Below, piece by piece: positions 15,868 through 24,738 of a stretch of DNA of 64,000 nucleotides (the first letter of the stretch is position 1; the number at the start of each line of letters is the position of its first letter). Location: the NCBI GenBank assembly GCA_049523135.1, contig JBEKNE010000001.1:146095-210094 (forward strand), read 5' to 3'. The DNA comes from Candidatus Microgenomates bacterium (lineage in GTDB: Bacteria > Patescibacteriota > Microgenomatia > UBA8517). The position numbers and the translations under genes are program-made. The notes under the pieces were generated by a model. It worked only from the letters and a program-made list of their open reading frames with translations, had not been told where the DNA came from and ran no database searches.

Positions 15868-17045
15868 AAGCCAACCCAGCCGAATTTATTAATAAAAATC
15901 ACTCCCCAAGCATTTACCAAAACTCCAATGAAAAGAAAGAGCCAGTGATACCATCTAATGTCTGTTTTTGCCACACCCTTTATTGTTAAAAAAGTGAGTA
16001 TCGGATAAAAATCGACGGCAAACCGGTAACCAAACTGTGCAAAACCGGTCGAGCCATGACTAAAAATCAGAAGTGATATCAGGAGTATTGATATCCAGGA
16101 AAACTGCGTAATTCTCTCTTTAATATCAGCCCAAAGAGCATAAATAAAAGCCGGAGTGGTAGCCCAGATGGCAAGTCCTGCCCATGAGGGAGTTACAAAT
16201 GGAAATTTGTTTGAAAATCTGGGTAGAGCAGTAAAAATAACTTTTAGATTTCGTGGAATGTAGACAGGGTTGAAGAGACCTTTACTGAACCATGGTTCTT
16301 GAAGTACCCCGGGAATTAGAAAATAACCCTTATCAATTATTGTTCCGAAGCGGGAAAAATTGTAATAGAAATCGAAAAATGCAAAAGGGGAAATTCCCAA
16401 GGCAAGGAGGAAATATTTTTTAAACCAGTTTTTTCCTGAGAATAAATATAAGAAAAGCGGTAGGGAAAGAATAATCTGGAGACGGGATAAATAAGCGGCC
16501 CCCAAAAACAGCCCCACCAGAAACGGATTTTTCCTGTCGATGCCCTTCCAGATAGCAAGAGTCAGAAAAAATGTGGCCGAAACCTGCCCCAAGTACCACG
16601 AAGATCCGGTTGCGGAAAGAAACCAAGTAATGGTTCCCAGGGATGATAAAATCCCCACCCAAATCAAAAGTCTTTTGTTTTTTTTTATCTTCCATGAAAT
16701 AAGCATTGTAAAGGCCACGATTCCCGCTCCCAGAATTTGTGATAAATATTCCTGGAAAAAGATTTTGCCGAAAATAAATCTGAATGGTAGTGCTAAAATA
16801 GCCGGCATGGGAGGATAGGCAACGTAATATTTTCCAGAACCACCCGGTATTAATTCCGAAAGCCATGGGGGATTTTCAGTGACGTAATTTTTTCCTGCAA
16901 GAAAAGCATCCGAAAGTCTAGTAAAATAGTCGTAGGGAGTGTGCCCGGCGGAAGTGAAAAAATAAATTATGACCGAGAAAGCAAAAAACAAGATTACCAG
17001 TTTCTTCATACCTAATATTGTATATGTTTTAGCTTTTGGTCTCAT
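15864..17045 (-). CDS. Polytopic membrane protein, GT-C-fold glycosyltransferase-like (ArnT/PMT-like), putative
   Basis: About 11 TM helices and PP-rich loops (YVAYPPMPA). The start may be the internal Met at 17009 (MKKLVILFF), because the annotated start overlaps the divergent gene. Confidence 0.4.
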   Translation of the reverse strand: MRPKAKTYTILGMKKLVILFFAFSVIIYFFTSAGHTPYDYFTRLSDAFLAGKNYVTENPPWLSELIPGGSGKYYVAYPPMPAILALPFRFIFGKIFFQEYLSQILGAGIVAFTMLISWKIKKNKRLLIWVGILSSLGTITWFLSATGSSWYLGQVSATFFLTLAIWKGIDRKNPFLVGLFLGAAYLSRLQIILSLPLFLYLFSGKNWFKKYFLLALGISPFAFFDFYYNFSRFGTIIDKGYFLIPGVLQEPWFSKGLFNPVYIPRNLKVIFTALPRFSNKFPFVTPSWAGLAIWATTPAFIYALWADIKERITQFSWISILLISLLIFSHGSTGFAQFGYRFAVDFYPILTFLTIKGVAKTDIRWYHWLFLFIGVLVNAWGVIFINKFGWVGF

Positions 17046-19407
17046 TATAAGAATTCTTCTTTCTTTTTTCGGAACGCTACCTCTTGATCAGGGAACTTTT
17101 ATTGGTTGGAGTTTGGAACTGGTTAAAAGCGGCTTTAAGAATTTTTATAACGGTTGGAGTGATTACCTGCCCGGGTATCTTTATTTTTTGTGGGTTTTGG
17201 GAAAAATTAACCTTTCAGGGCTTCTTCCGACAGTATTTCTTTATAAAGTCCCTGCAATTATTTCCGATCTTCTTACGGGATATTTGATTTATAAAATATT
17301 AAGAAAATCCAAAGGGGAAAAATGGGGACTAATTGGAGCGGTAATTTATATTTTTAATCCTGCCATCTTAGCCAATTCGGCTTTGTGGGGGCAAATTGAT
17401 TCGCTGACGGCCCTTGCGTCTGTAGCAGCAATTTACTTTTTGGATAATTATTATTTGTTTTCCGCATTGATTTTGTCCGTAGGGACACTTATAAAACCTC
17501 AGGCGGCTTTTATTTTCCCCGTCATATTATTCCTGTTTATTAAGCAGAAAAGAAAACTTTCCGAATTTCTTTCTTACTGTCTAACGGGATTGGCCGTTTT
17601 TTTCTTGAGTTTTGTTCCATTTTCCAACGGAAATTTATTCCAATTTGTTTTTAACCGTTTAGGTTTTTCGGCAAATGAATATCCGTATCTTTCGGTAAAT
17701 GCTTTTAATTTCTGGGGAGTATTCGGGTTTTGGAAACCCGATGCAACTTATTTTCAGATAGGCGGCTACTTAATTACTTTAATTGTTTTTATCCTGTTGA
17801 GTTTAAAATTGTTCAAAGAGAAAAAAGTATCAGGTTACTTACTTTCGGCATTTATCTTTGCGGCAAGTTTTGTCTTCTTTACAAGAATGCATGAAAGGCA
17901 TCTCTTACCGGTATTTGCACCTCTTGCTATTGTTGCCGTTGAAAACCCTATCCTTCTTATCCCTTATATTGGTTTTTCGTTAACTTATGTGGCCAATCTT
18001 TATTATTCCTACATTTGGATTACGGACAGTTTTAAACAGGTTTTTCCGGATATCATTACCAAGTTTCTATCGTTAGTTAATGTTTCCCTAGTAGGTTTTA
18101 TGTTTTATGCAATTGCCAAACATTTGAACATAAGTTGGAAGAAAGTATCGGATTATATAAATCATTTTTTTGCCGATGGAAAGAAAACGGTCGCCTATAA
18201 ATTTACAAAGATTGATATTCCTTCCGGAAGGGCAAAATGGATTCTCGGACTTATCTTGGCTTTTGCTTTTATATCCCGGGTTTTTGATTTAAATCAGCCG
18301 GCAACGATGTATTTTGACGAGGTTTATCATGCCTTTACTGCACAAGTGATAATGAGTCCGGATGCGGCTAAAGCTTGGGAATGGTGGAACACACCGCCCG
18401 CAGGCTTCGCATACGAGTGGACTCACCCGCCGCTGGCTAAACTGGGAATGGTACTGGGAATGGCTATATTTGGGAAAAATTCTTTTGGTTGGAGAATTCC
18501 CGGGGCACTTTTGGGAGTCGGATCGGTACTAATGGTTTACCTTATTGCCAAAGAAATTTTTGATGACGAAGTAGTCGGACTTTTGTCGGCAGGAGTTTTC
18601 AGTTTGGATGGCTTGGCGCTTGTTATGAGCAGAATCGGAATGAATGACAGCTATATTCTTTTCTTTGTGCTTTTGGCAATTTATTTGTTTATGAGAAAAC
18701 ATGATTTTTCTTCATCAGTTGCTCTCGGGCTTGCTCTTGCTTCCAAGTGGTCGGCTGTCTGGGCAATTCCAATTCTTGGAGTCTTGTGGCTTAGGAGAAA
18801 AAAGAAATTTACAAAAGCAATTTTGTGGTTTTTGGTTATTCCGTTTGCAATCTATCTTCTTTCTTATGCAGATATGTTTTTAACGGGGCATAATCTTACT
18901 ATCTGGTGGGGAATGCAGGAACAAATGTGGTGGTATCACACGGGGCTCCGAGCAACTCACCCTTATAGTTCCGACTGGTGGACATGGTCATTTTTAATCC
19001 GTCCAATTTATCTCTACACAAGTGATGAAGTAGGCGGGTTGGTAGCCAGAATTTATGCGATGGGAAATCCGGTTGTCTTTTGGTTTGGTCTGGTCTCTGT
19101 GATGTCTTGTGCAATCTATTCATATCTGGAGAAAAATAGGAATTTAGGGCTCGTTGTTTTTAGTTATCTAATTATGTTTGTTCCCTGGGCCGTTTCCCCG
19201 AGAATAATGTTTTTGTATCACTATCTTCCGGCAATTCCGTTTTTGGCGATTGCAACGGGATATGTTCTCCGTCGCAATTCCAAATTAATATTGGGTTATT
19301 TTCTTATTGGGCTTTTGGTATTTATTTACTTTTACCCTCACTGGGTAGGACTGACAATTCCTCTTTGGTTAGACAAAAGCTATTACTGGTTTGCAAGTTG
19401 GAGATAA
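16969..19407 (+). CDS. Fused double GT-C membrane glycosyltransferase: N-terminal GT-C-like domain plus C-terminal PMT/ArnT (GT39/GT83-like) domain
   Basis: 812 aa with more than 20 TM helices. The second half contains YFDEVYHA..HPPLAKL..MNDSYILFF, the PMT/ArnT-type DE motif region. Confidence 0.55.
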   Translation: MTEKAKNKITSFFIPNIVYVLAFGLIIRILLSFFGTLPLDQGTFIGWSLELVKSGFKNFYNGWSDYLPGYLYFLWVLGKINLSGLLPTVFLYKVPAIISDLLTGYLIYKILRKSKGEKWGLIGAVIYIFNPAILANSALWGQIDSLTALASVAAIYFLDNYYLFSALILSVGTLIKPQAAFIFPVILFLFIKQKRKLSEFLSYCLTGLAVFFLSFVPFSNGNLFQFVFNRLGFSANEYPYLSVNAFNFWGVFGFWKPDATYFQIGGYLITLIVFILLSLKLFKEKKVSGYLLSAFIFAASFVFFTRMHERHLLPVFAPLAIVAVENPILLIPYIGFSLTYVANLYYSYIWITDSFKQVFPDIITKFLSLVNVSLVGFMFYAIAKHLNISWKKVSDYINHFFADGKKTVAYKFTKIDIPSGRAKWILGLILAFAFISRVFDLNQPATMYFDEVYHAFTAQVIMSPDAAKAWEWWNTPPAGFAYEWTHPPLAKLGMVLGMAIFGKNSFGWRIPGALLGVGSVLMVYLIAKEIFDDEVVGLLSAGVFSLDGLALVMSRIGMNDSYILFFVLLAIYLFMRKHDFSSSVALGLALASKWSAVWAIPILGVLWLRRKKKFTKAILWFLVIPFAIYLLSYADMFLTGHNLTIWWGMQEQMWWYHTGLRATHPYSSDWWTWSFLIRPIYLYTSDEVGGLVARIYAMGNPVVFWFGLVSVMSCAIYSYLEKNRNLGLVVFSYLIMFVPWAVSPRIMFLYHYLPAIPFLAIATGYVLRRNSKLILGYFLIGLLVFIYFYPHWVGLTIPLWLDKSYYWFASWR

Positions 19408-19410
19408 TTT

Positions 19411-19698
19411 TTAAGCCGGTGCAAGATAAAAACCACCTTTTGAAAGAAAATAAATAAGAACTCCTAAAAGAATGATTGTTATTAAGAAATACAGAACGGA
19501 CCAACTTCCCGATTGTGGAAAAAATTGACCAAAAGGGTAATAGGCAAAAACCTTGACTTTTAGTTTCTTTAAAGATAGGGTTGTTACCCAAAAACCAAAA
19601 CAGAAAATTAAAATTGCAGCGAGTGCAGCAACGATTCCCCGAATATTTGTTTTAACAAAATTTAAAGTTGGGCTTAGAAGAAGATTCAAAATACTCAC
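19411..19698 (-). CDS. Small membrane protein, hypothetical
   Basis: Three hydrophobic helices. It is the last gene of the minus-strand surface-protein cluster. Confidence 0.3.
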   Translation of the reverse strand: MSILNLLLSPTLNFVKTNIRGIVAALAAILIFCFGFWVTTLSLKKLKVKVFAYYPFGQFFPQSGSWSVLYFLITIILLGVLIYFLSKGGFYLAPA

Positions 19699-19704
19699 GT
19701 TTTT

Positions 19705-20286
19705 TTATAGTGCCAATAAGATTGAGCCAAAGATGATTAGAATTCCGGTTCCTGCTCCGACAAGGGTCGGCCAGTTTGTTCCGGAACTTGGCAGTGAAGG
19801 TGAGGTTGGGGTAGGAGTTGGGGACGATGTTCCAGAGCATGTACAGTTTGTAACACTTGGACAGCTTGGACTTCGGCAATATCCATTATAACAGTAGAGA
19901 CTTGAATTACAATCGGTATTACTTCCGCAAGTTCCTCCGCAGGAATTTGGCGAGCCGGTTGGGGTAGTTGTGGCGGTTGCAGTAGCCGTTGCGGTTGCAG
20001 TAGCCGTTGCGGTTGCAGTAGCAGTTGTAGTAGCTGTTGCTGTTGCGGTTGCTGTGGCTGTTGATGTTGAGATAGTGAAACTTAGATTGCAGTTACTAGT
20101 AGGAGCTACTGTGGCCGTAGGAGCTACTGTGGCCGCTTGTGGAATACTGCTCGGAACGTTTGGAGCCACCGCCTCCTGTCTTAAATTATAAAGCCGGACT
20201 GCTGTAAAAATTGCAATTCCTGCCAAAACTACTGTTGCTAAAATTATTAAAACCGTAGCTATTTTTCCTTTAAATAAATTTTTCAT
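19705..20286 (-). CDS. Membrane-anchored surface protein with a (Thr-Ala)n repeat and a Cys-rich module
   Basis: N-terminal signal anchor; a TATATATAT...(TA)n low-complexity stretch; CGGTCGSNTDCNSSLYCYNGYC; an S/T/P-rich stalk; and a C-terminal hydrophobic segment. Confidence 0.5.
   Translation of the reverse strand: MKNLFKGKIATVLIILATVVLAGIAIFTAVRLYNLRQEAVAPNVPSSIPQAATVAPTATVAPTSNCNLSFTISTSTATATATATATTTATATATATATATATATATTTPTGSPNSCGGTCGSNTDCNSSLYCYNGYCRSPSCPSVTNCTCSGTSSPTPTPTSPSLPSSGTNWPTLVGAGTGILIIFGSILLAL
19966..20072. repeat. Coding hexanucleotide/18-nt tandem repeat (GCNGTN)n encoding (Thr-Ala)n
   Basis: Repeated units gtagccgttgcggttgca and variants are visible directly in the sequence. 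The repeat lies inside CDS 19705-20286 on the minus strand. Confidence 0.7.
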
Positions 20287-20287
20287 A

Positions 20288-21439
20288 TTAGTTTGATATT
20301 ACTGCACTAACATTAAATGTACTGACACCAGCCGGAATTATGTAGGGCGTACTACAAAGACAACTTCCCCGCGCGGTCATACAAGCTGCACCTGTGGTTA
20401 TTGTTACAGGTGTTTGAGCAACCCCATTTATGGTAAATGTTGCTTTATTGAGACTTGGGAAGGCACAGAAAGTTACACTGTCTCCTGCTTGCAGACTACT
20501 AAGGCCATCAGTAGTCATTGCAGTTGTGCTGGTGCCTTTGAAAGCCTTAATGTCTGTACAAGAAGGAGCAGTAGACGGTGAAGGACTGGTGGATGGCTTG
20601 GGTGTTGGAGAAGAACAGTTATGATCCTCAACACTTATGAAACATGAGGTGTCTGACCCCAAGTCTATTTGTTGAGTACCGCAGAAATTATCATCAAAAC
20701 AGACACTTGTGACATTTTTTATCTGTTCATTGGATTGGCACCCACCGCTCATATTAAATTGATTAGGACATGTATACTTACCGAAAGTTTTTGCAGTAGT
20801 CGAAGTTAGGCACCTTGAACCCTTAGTCACGTCAGGGTCAGAACATTGTCCTTTATTGGCACCAGGACCCCCATTAGAAGTTGGACACGATTTTGTATCA
20901 ACCGTAGTACATTGCCAGTCATGTACACAATCGATTGCATTAGGAGAAAGATCAATGCAGGTGCAATTATATCCGGTGTTATTTCCTTTTTTATCTTCTT
21001 GGCATTTTGTTGAACCTAGCGTACATTGTTGCCCCCAACAATCAGGGCCACCGACACCGCTGGTGGTGGCAGCTTTCTGTTGGAAAAGCTGCTGCTGGCT
21101 GGTTAGAACTACCCCCACTCCAACACCTCCAACCAAAAGAATTATTCCCAAAATAGTTGCAATTATTTTCCCTCCGCCGAATTTTTTCTTTGGAGTCGGA
21201 ATTACGGATGAGATATCGGGAGGAGGTGGGGCTGCGGAACCGGTTTGTTCTTCTGAAGGTGTTGCGGGAGTAGCACTACTTTCCTCGGGAATATTTTGAA
21301 AATCAGGAGGAAGGGGTGGTAAATCCGCTTGCGGGGAAATTACAGGAGGAACTGTAGATGGTTCCTGGACAGGAATAGCGCCGGGTTGAGCTACCGGATT
21401 TTGATTATTTTGATTTTGGGTAGGGTCTTGATTGGGCAT
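20288..21439 (-). CDS. Type II membrane protein with a Pro-rich cytoplasmic N-terminus and a large Cys-rich extracellular domain, hypothetical
   Basis: Pro-rich N-terminus, a single TM (IIATILGIILLVGGVGVGVVL), then more than 30 Cys in CxxC/CxC-like spacing. No catalytic motif recognised. Confidence 0.45.
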   Translation of the reverse strand: MPNQDPTQNQNNQNPVAQPGAIPVQEPSTVPPVISPQADLPPLPPDFQNIPEESSATPATPSEEQTGSAAPPPPDISSVIPTPKKKFGGGKIIATILGIILLVGGVGVGVVLTSQQQLFQQKAATTSGVGGPDCWGQQCTLGSTKCQEDKKGNNTGYNCTCIDLSPNAIDCVHDWQCTTVDTKSCPTSNGGPGANKGQCSDPDVTKGSRCLTSTTAKTFGKYTCPNQFNMSGGCQSNEQIKNVTSVCFDDNFCGTQQIDLGSDTSCFISVEDHNCSSPTPKPSTSPSPSTAPSCTDIKAFKGTSTTAMTTDGLSSLQAGDSVTFCAFPSLNKATFTINGVAQTPVTITTGAACMTARGSCLCSTPYIIPAGVSTFNVSAVISN

Positions 21440-21446
21440 CTTTTAA

Positions 21447-22820
21447 TTAACTTTCAGACATTTTCCAAACTGCAAAACTGAAAGATAGAACTACTACTCC
21501 CATCATAAATAGCAGAAGCGTAGGAGTCAAGTCTCCAGTTACTGGAACGGCGGCGGTGGAAGCTGTTGATTCCGGAGTCGGACTAAATGTTGCTGCAGGA
21601 GTTGGTGTTGCCGTAACTATCGGAGCCAATGTCGGTAACGGTGTTAAAGTTGGAGTTGCAGTTGGTGTTGGAGAACTTCCTGAACCGGATGCTGTAAATG
21701 CGGGAACTTCACCTGCCTGAACAACAAAATCGCGGGTTAAACTTCTTGTTATTCCTGTGGCATCAACCCAAGTAATTATAATTGAGTGTGTTCCCGCCGC
21801 AAGATCGGTTGACGGGGACCAACTCCACGAGCCGTTTGAAGGAATTGTAACAGACCCCGAAACTGCCTGTTCCGAATGAACAGTTATTGTAATTTTTTCT
21901 CCGCCTGGTCCTTTTCCGAAAAATTGCGGCTGGGTACTAGTTACCGTTTCACCTTCGTTAAGACTTTCCAAAATAACACTTTTGGCACTTGTTGAAGCTA
22001 TCGCCGAACCGGTTGAAATATCAAATTTTGATTCACTGGTGGCTGTTTCAGGCAAATTCAGGTTGGCATTTGGATTTTGACTGTCATTTGTGGGTTGCAG
22101 GTTCCGGTAGTCTTGGTCTTGCCCCATTACAAGAGTCGGAATAGGATTTGCTGATTGTGGGTAAATTTTTGCCGTAGCGATTTCCCCACCGGCTCCTTCT
22201 ACTGAGACCTCCAAAAGGGTTTGAGTCGGATCAATTGTTGTGTAGGATGAAAGGTCGGATGTACGCGTTTGGTTTAGCTGTAGAACAAAACTTCCAGTGT
22301 CGGAGGTTAAAGTTGAAAGCAGATACCCGTTTATGGTTATGTAAACAATTGTTCTTGCCGAAGGTTGTCCAGTTGCCGTAATTACGGATCCCGAGACGAG
22401 TGTTGAACTTCCGTTTCCTGTTAAAGACGGGCCGGTTGTGAATTGCCAGGGAACTCCATTGTTGTCAAAATCCGTGCCTTCGGAATCTATTTTGTAATAG
22501 TAAGCCGTCCCTGCTTTTAGTCCGGTTATTGTAATGCTGTGAGTGAAGAATTTTTGATCATTGTCTGTTTCATTGGCAACTGTGCCGACATTTTGAGTTT
22601 CCCCGTAGGAAATAAAATCCGCAGTTTGGTCGTCCGTAATCCAGGAGACTGTCACAGAAGAGTCAGACAAATTACTGACTCTTACATCTTTGGGTACGGC
22701 GGTTGCACTGGCGCCAATTCTAAAAACCTGATTCGTTCTCAGAAGAAAGACCCCTGCAAACACTCCTATTAAAAGTATTACTATTCCTAAAATTGTCGGT
22801 ATATTTTTTTCTTTAATCAT
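21447..22820 (-). CDS. Cell-surface protein with fibronectin type III domain and a C-terminal LPXTG-like (VPVTG) sorting signal
   Basis: N-terminal signal anchor; a VTVSW...YYYKI FN3 signature; a T/P-rich stalk; and a C-terminal AVPVTGD motif followed by a hydrophobic helix and a K-containing tail (WKMSES). Confidence 0.55.
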   Translation of the reverse strand: MIKEKNIPTILGIVILLIGVFAGVFLLRTNQVFRIGASATAVPKDVRVSNLSDSSVTVSWITDDQTADFISYGETQNVGTVANETDNDQKFFTHSITITGLKAGTAYYYKIDSEGTDFDNNGVPWQFTTGPSLTGNGSSTLVSGSVITATGQPSARTIVYITINGYLLSTLTSDTGSFVLQLNQTRTSDLSSYTTIDPTQTLLEVSVEGAGGEIATAKIYPQSANPIPTLVMGQDQDYRNLQPTNDSQNPNANLNLPETATSESKFDISTGSAIASTSAKSVILESLNEGETVTSTQPQFFGKGPGGEKITITVHSEQAVSGSVTIPSNGSWSWSPSTDLAAGTHSIIITWVDATGITRSLTRDFVVQAGEVPAFTASGSGSSPTPTATPTLTPLPTLAPIVTATPTPAATFSPTPESTASTAAVPVTGDLTPTLLLFMMGVVVLSFSFAVWKMSES

Positions 22821-22840
22821 TTTTATTTTTTAAATTGTGT

Positions 22841-23167
22841 TTATGGTGTTGCTGTTGGTACTGCGCTTTCGGTTGCAATGGGTGTTTCCGTGGCAACCGG
22901 AGCCGAGGTTATTTCCGGAGCGGTTGTCGGGATGGGTGCGATTGTAATTTCCGGAATCTGAGAATCGGTGAAAAATATTGATGATTCGATTTTATTTATG
23001 GCATCCTTATCAAGCGTCGGTGTAAGAGGTTGGGAAATATCCTGCGGAACGCTTGGAACCGGTTCAATTGTTATTGCACGGTAAATACTAAAAATAATCC
23101 AGACAACAGTGGTTAAAAGCGTCAGAATTAAAATTGTAATAGGGTTTGGCAATTTGTTCTTTTCCAT
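22841..23167 (-). CDS. Small bitopic membrane protein with Pro/Thr-rich ectodomain (possibly PilP-like pilus assembly protein)
   Basis: Single TM and a P/T-rich tail. It sits directly downstream of the pilN-pilO pair. Confidence 0.3.
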   Translation of the reverse strand: MEKNKLPNPITILILTLLTTVVWIIFSIYRAITIEPVPSVPQDISQPLTPTLDKDAINKIESSIFFTDSQIPEITIAPIPTTAPEITSAPVATETPIATESAVPTATP

Positions 23168-23169
23168 AA

Positions 23170-23829
23170 TTAATTACTTCCCAAAAATGGGATCCTTCCT
23201 GAAATTACTGCAACTATAACCCTTCCTTTATCGGTTAGGGAAGAGCTAATTGACAGACTGTCGATTTTTGTTGCAATTCTTAAATTTTCGAAATCTTGTA
23301 TAAAGTTCATTAAGCTTGCATAGTCGCCCCTAACACTTATTGAAAAGGGCATTTCGTTTGCATTTCCTGGAAGAGGTGTAAGACCGGATGAGGATTTGAT
23401 GGTTGCAGAAGCACTGCCGGTTAAGCTTACCTGATTTACCGCAACCCCAAGTACATCAACTGAATCTTTTGCCGCAAGTCCCTCAACTTGCTTTGATAAT
23501 ATATCGGGATTTGGAATTGACGGAACAGCTGAACTTATATCCGGAAGAAGATTTTGATTTTGATCAATGAGGGAACTTACCTGCTGCAGATCGTTAACCT
23601 TTTGAGTTAATGTGGAAAGTGTTTGTTTTCCTTCGTCAATTTGCTGGATAAGGCTGATAATTGTTAAAGCTGTTGGTTTTAAAGCGAAAAGTAAAAATAC
23701 AATTACGGTGGTTATGGAAAGGACAATTTCCAAAAACGCCCTAAGATCCGCCTTTTGTTTATAAAGAGCGGAAATATTCAGAAAAAATTCTCTGTATCTA
23801 TAGTATTGTGATCTCCATCCTGTTGCCAT
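23170..23829 (-). CDS. pilO: Type IV pilus assembly protein PilO-like
   Basis: Single TM plus a coiled coil, C-terminal domain. Size and position downstream of PilN support the call. Confidence 0.45.
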   Translation of the reverse strand: MATGWRSQYYRYREFFLNISALYKQKADLRAFLEIVLSITTVIVFLLFALKPTALTIISLIQQIDEGKQTLSTLTQKVNDLQQVSSLIDQNQNLLPDISSAVPSIPNPDILSKQVEGLAAKDSVDVLGVAVNQVSLTGSASATIKSSSGLTPLPGNANEMPFSISVRGDYASLMNFIQDFENLRIATKIDSLSISSSLTDKGRVIVAVISGRIPFLGSN

Positions 23830-23831
23830 AT

Positions 23832-24365
23832 TTAGTACGTAATGCTTATAGAAAAATCTGTTGCCACGGGATTGTTTTGAGATGAATTTACTTGTCCTAT
23901 TTCAACATCTTTGAAAGATTTATCTGCTTGCAAATTAGCCGTAAATTGGGCAATTCCCATATCGGAAAGGGATGTTCCTTTTATTTGGGCGGAAGTTTCC
24001 GAGATGGAAAGTCCGGACAGAGTTATATCCGGTGCAAGTTTTGAAGTTATGTCTTCAATTCTTTGCGAGGAATTATGGGTTTCGGACAATTGACTGAAAA
24101 TATTTAATTGCGACTGAACAGCCCTGAATTGTTTTTCCAAATCACTTTGGGCTGTAATTTGAGCACTTTTAACTTTAATTGAATCCGTAAGAGTTGAATT
24201 TTGAGCATCCAGCCAAAAACGTGATAGAAATGCTCCCATGACTACTATTTCAGTAATGATAACGATAATTCTGAAAGTTCCGGTTGCCCATTTTAAAATA
24301 CGGCCAACTGTAGAGGTTTCAAATTCTTGTTGAGGTAGCAGATTTATGTCTGTATTTTTGGGCAT
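23832..24365 (-). CDS. pilN: Type IV pilus assembly protein PilN-like
   Basis: The N-terminal DINLLPQQE is the classic INLLP motif. One TM helix and a coiled coil follow. Confidence 0.55.
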   Translation of the reverse strand: MPKNTDINLLPQQEFETSTVGRILKWATGTFRIIVIITEIVVMGAFLSRFWLDAQNSTLTDSIKVKSAQITAQSDLEKQFRAVQSQLNIFSQLSETHNSSQRIEDITSKLAPDITLSGLSISETSAQIKGTSLSDMGIAQFTANLQADKSFKDVEIGQVNSSQNNPVATDFSISITY

Positions 24366-24421
24366 AGTAACAGTAACACTTCGGTTAAATCAATATAGCA
24401 TAAGTCGGAGCGTGAAAGAAG

Positions 24422-24709
24422 CTACTTCTTTTTTGAAGTTTTTGAAGCTTTTTTGGGAGTTTTCACTGAAAGTTTAGCCGACATCAACTTGGCAAGTTGT
24501 GACTTAATTCTGGCGGCTTTGTTTTTATGAATTACTTTCTTCTTTGCACTGCGGTCAGCCAAGGAAATTGCAGAAAGAATTTTCGCGCTGTTTTTAGATT
24601 TTTTTGCAGCTCTCACAGCCACCTCAAGTTTTTTTAAGATAAGCTTGTTTGTAGACTCTTTCTTTTTTGAACTCCTGAGAGCTCTTTTGGCTGTTGTTGT
24701 TACAGGCAT
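24422..24709 (-). CDS. rpsT: 30S ribosomal protein S20
   Basis: A basic 95-aa protein. KKVIHKNKAARIKSQLAKL matches the S20 core. Confidence 0.75.
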   Translation of the reverse strand: MPVTTTAKRALRSSKKKESTNKLILKKLEVAVRAAKKSKNSAKILSAISLADRSAKKKVIHKNKAARIKSQLAKLMSAKLSVKTPKKASKTSKKK

Positions 24710-24738
24710 ATGGTGAGTATAATCGAAGCAAAGCTAAA

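Noticed and set aside
16969-17045. 77-bp overlap of divergent start codons of the two GT-C genes
   Set aside because: This is probably an annotation artefact. The minus-strand gene more plausibly starts at the internal Met at 17009 (MKKLVILFF). I did not treat it as a real overlapping-gene phenomenon.
19966-20072. Possible CRISPR array, considered because of regularly spaced repeats
   Set aside because: The units are 6-18 nt, contiguous, with no spacers, and lie in-frame inside a CDS encoding (Thr-Ala)n. That makes it a coding microsatellite, not a CRISPR array. I saw no repeat-spacer architecture or cas genes anywhere in the window.
24694-24738. Annotated upstream start of murJ at 24694, which would overlap the rpsT start codon region
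   Set aside because: I prefer the in-frame Met at 24739 (MEDLIARG), which removes the overlap. The upstream 15 codons have no TM or conserved content. The same logic applies to grpE (27258 rather than 27243), ftsK (42192 rather than 42150), fusA (59889 rather than 59802) and rnj (40511 rather than 40499, TTG).
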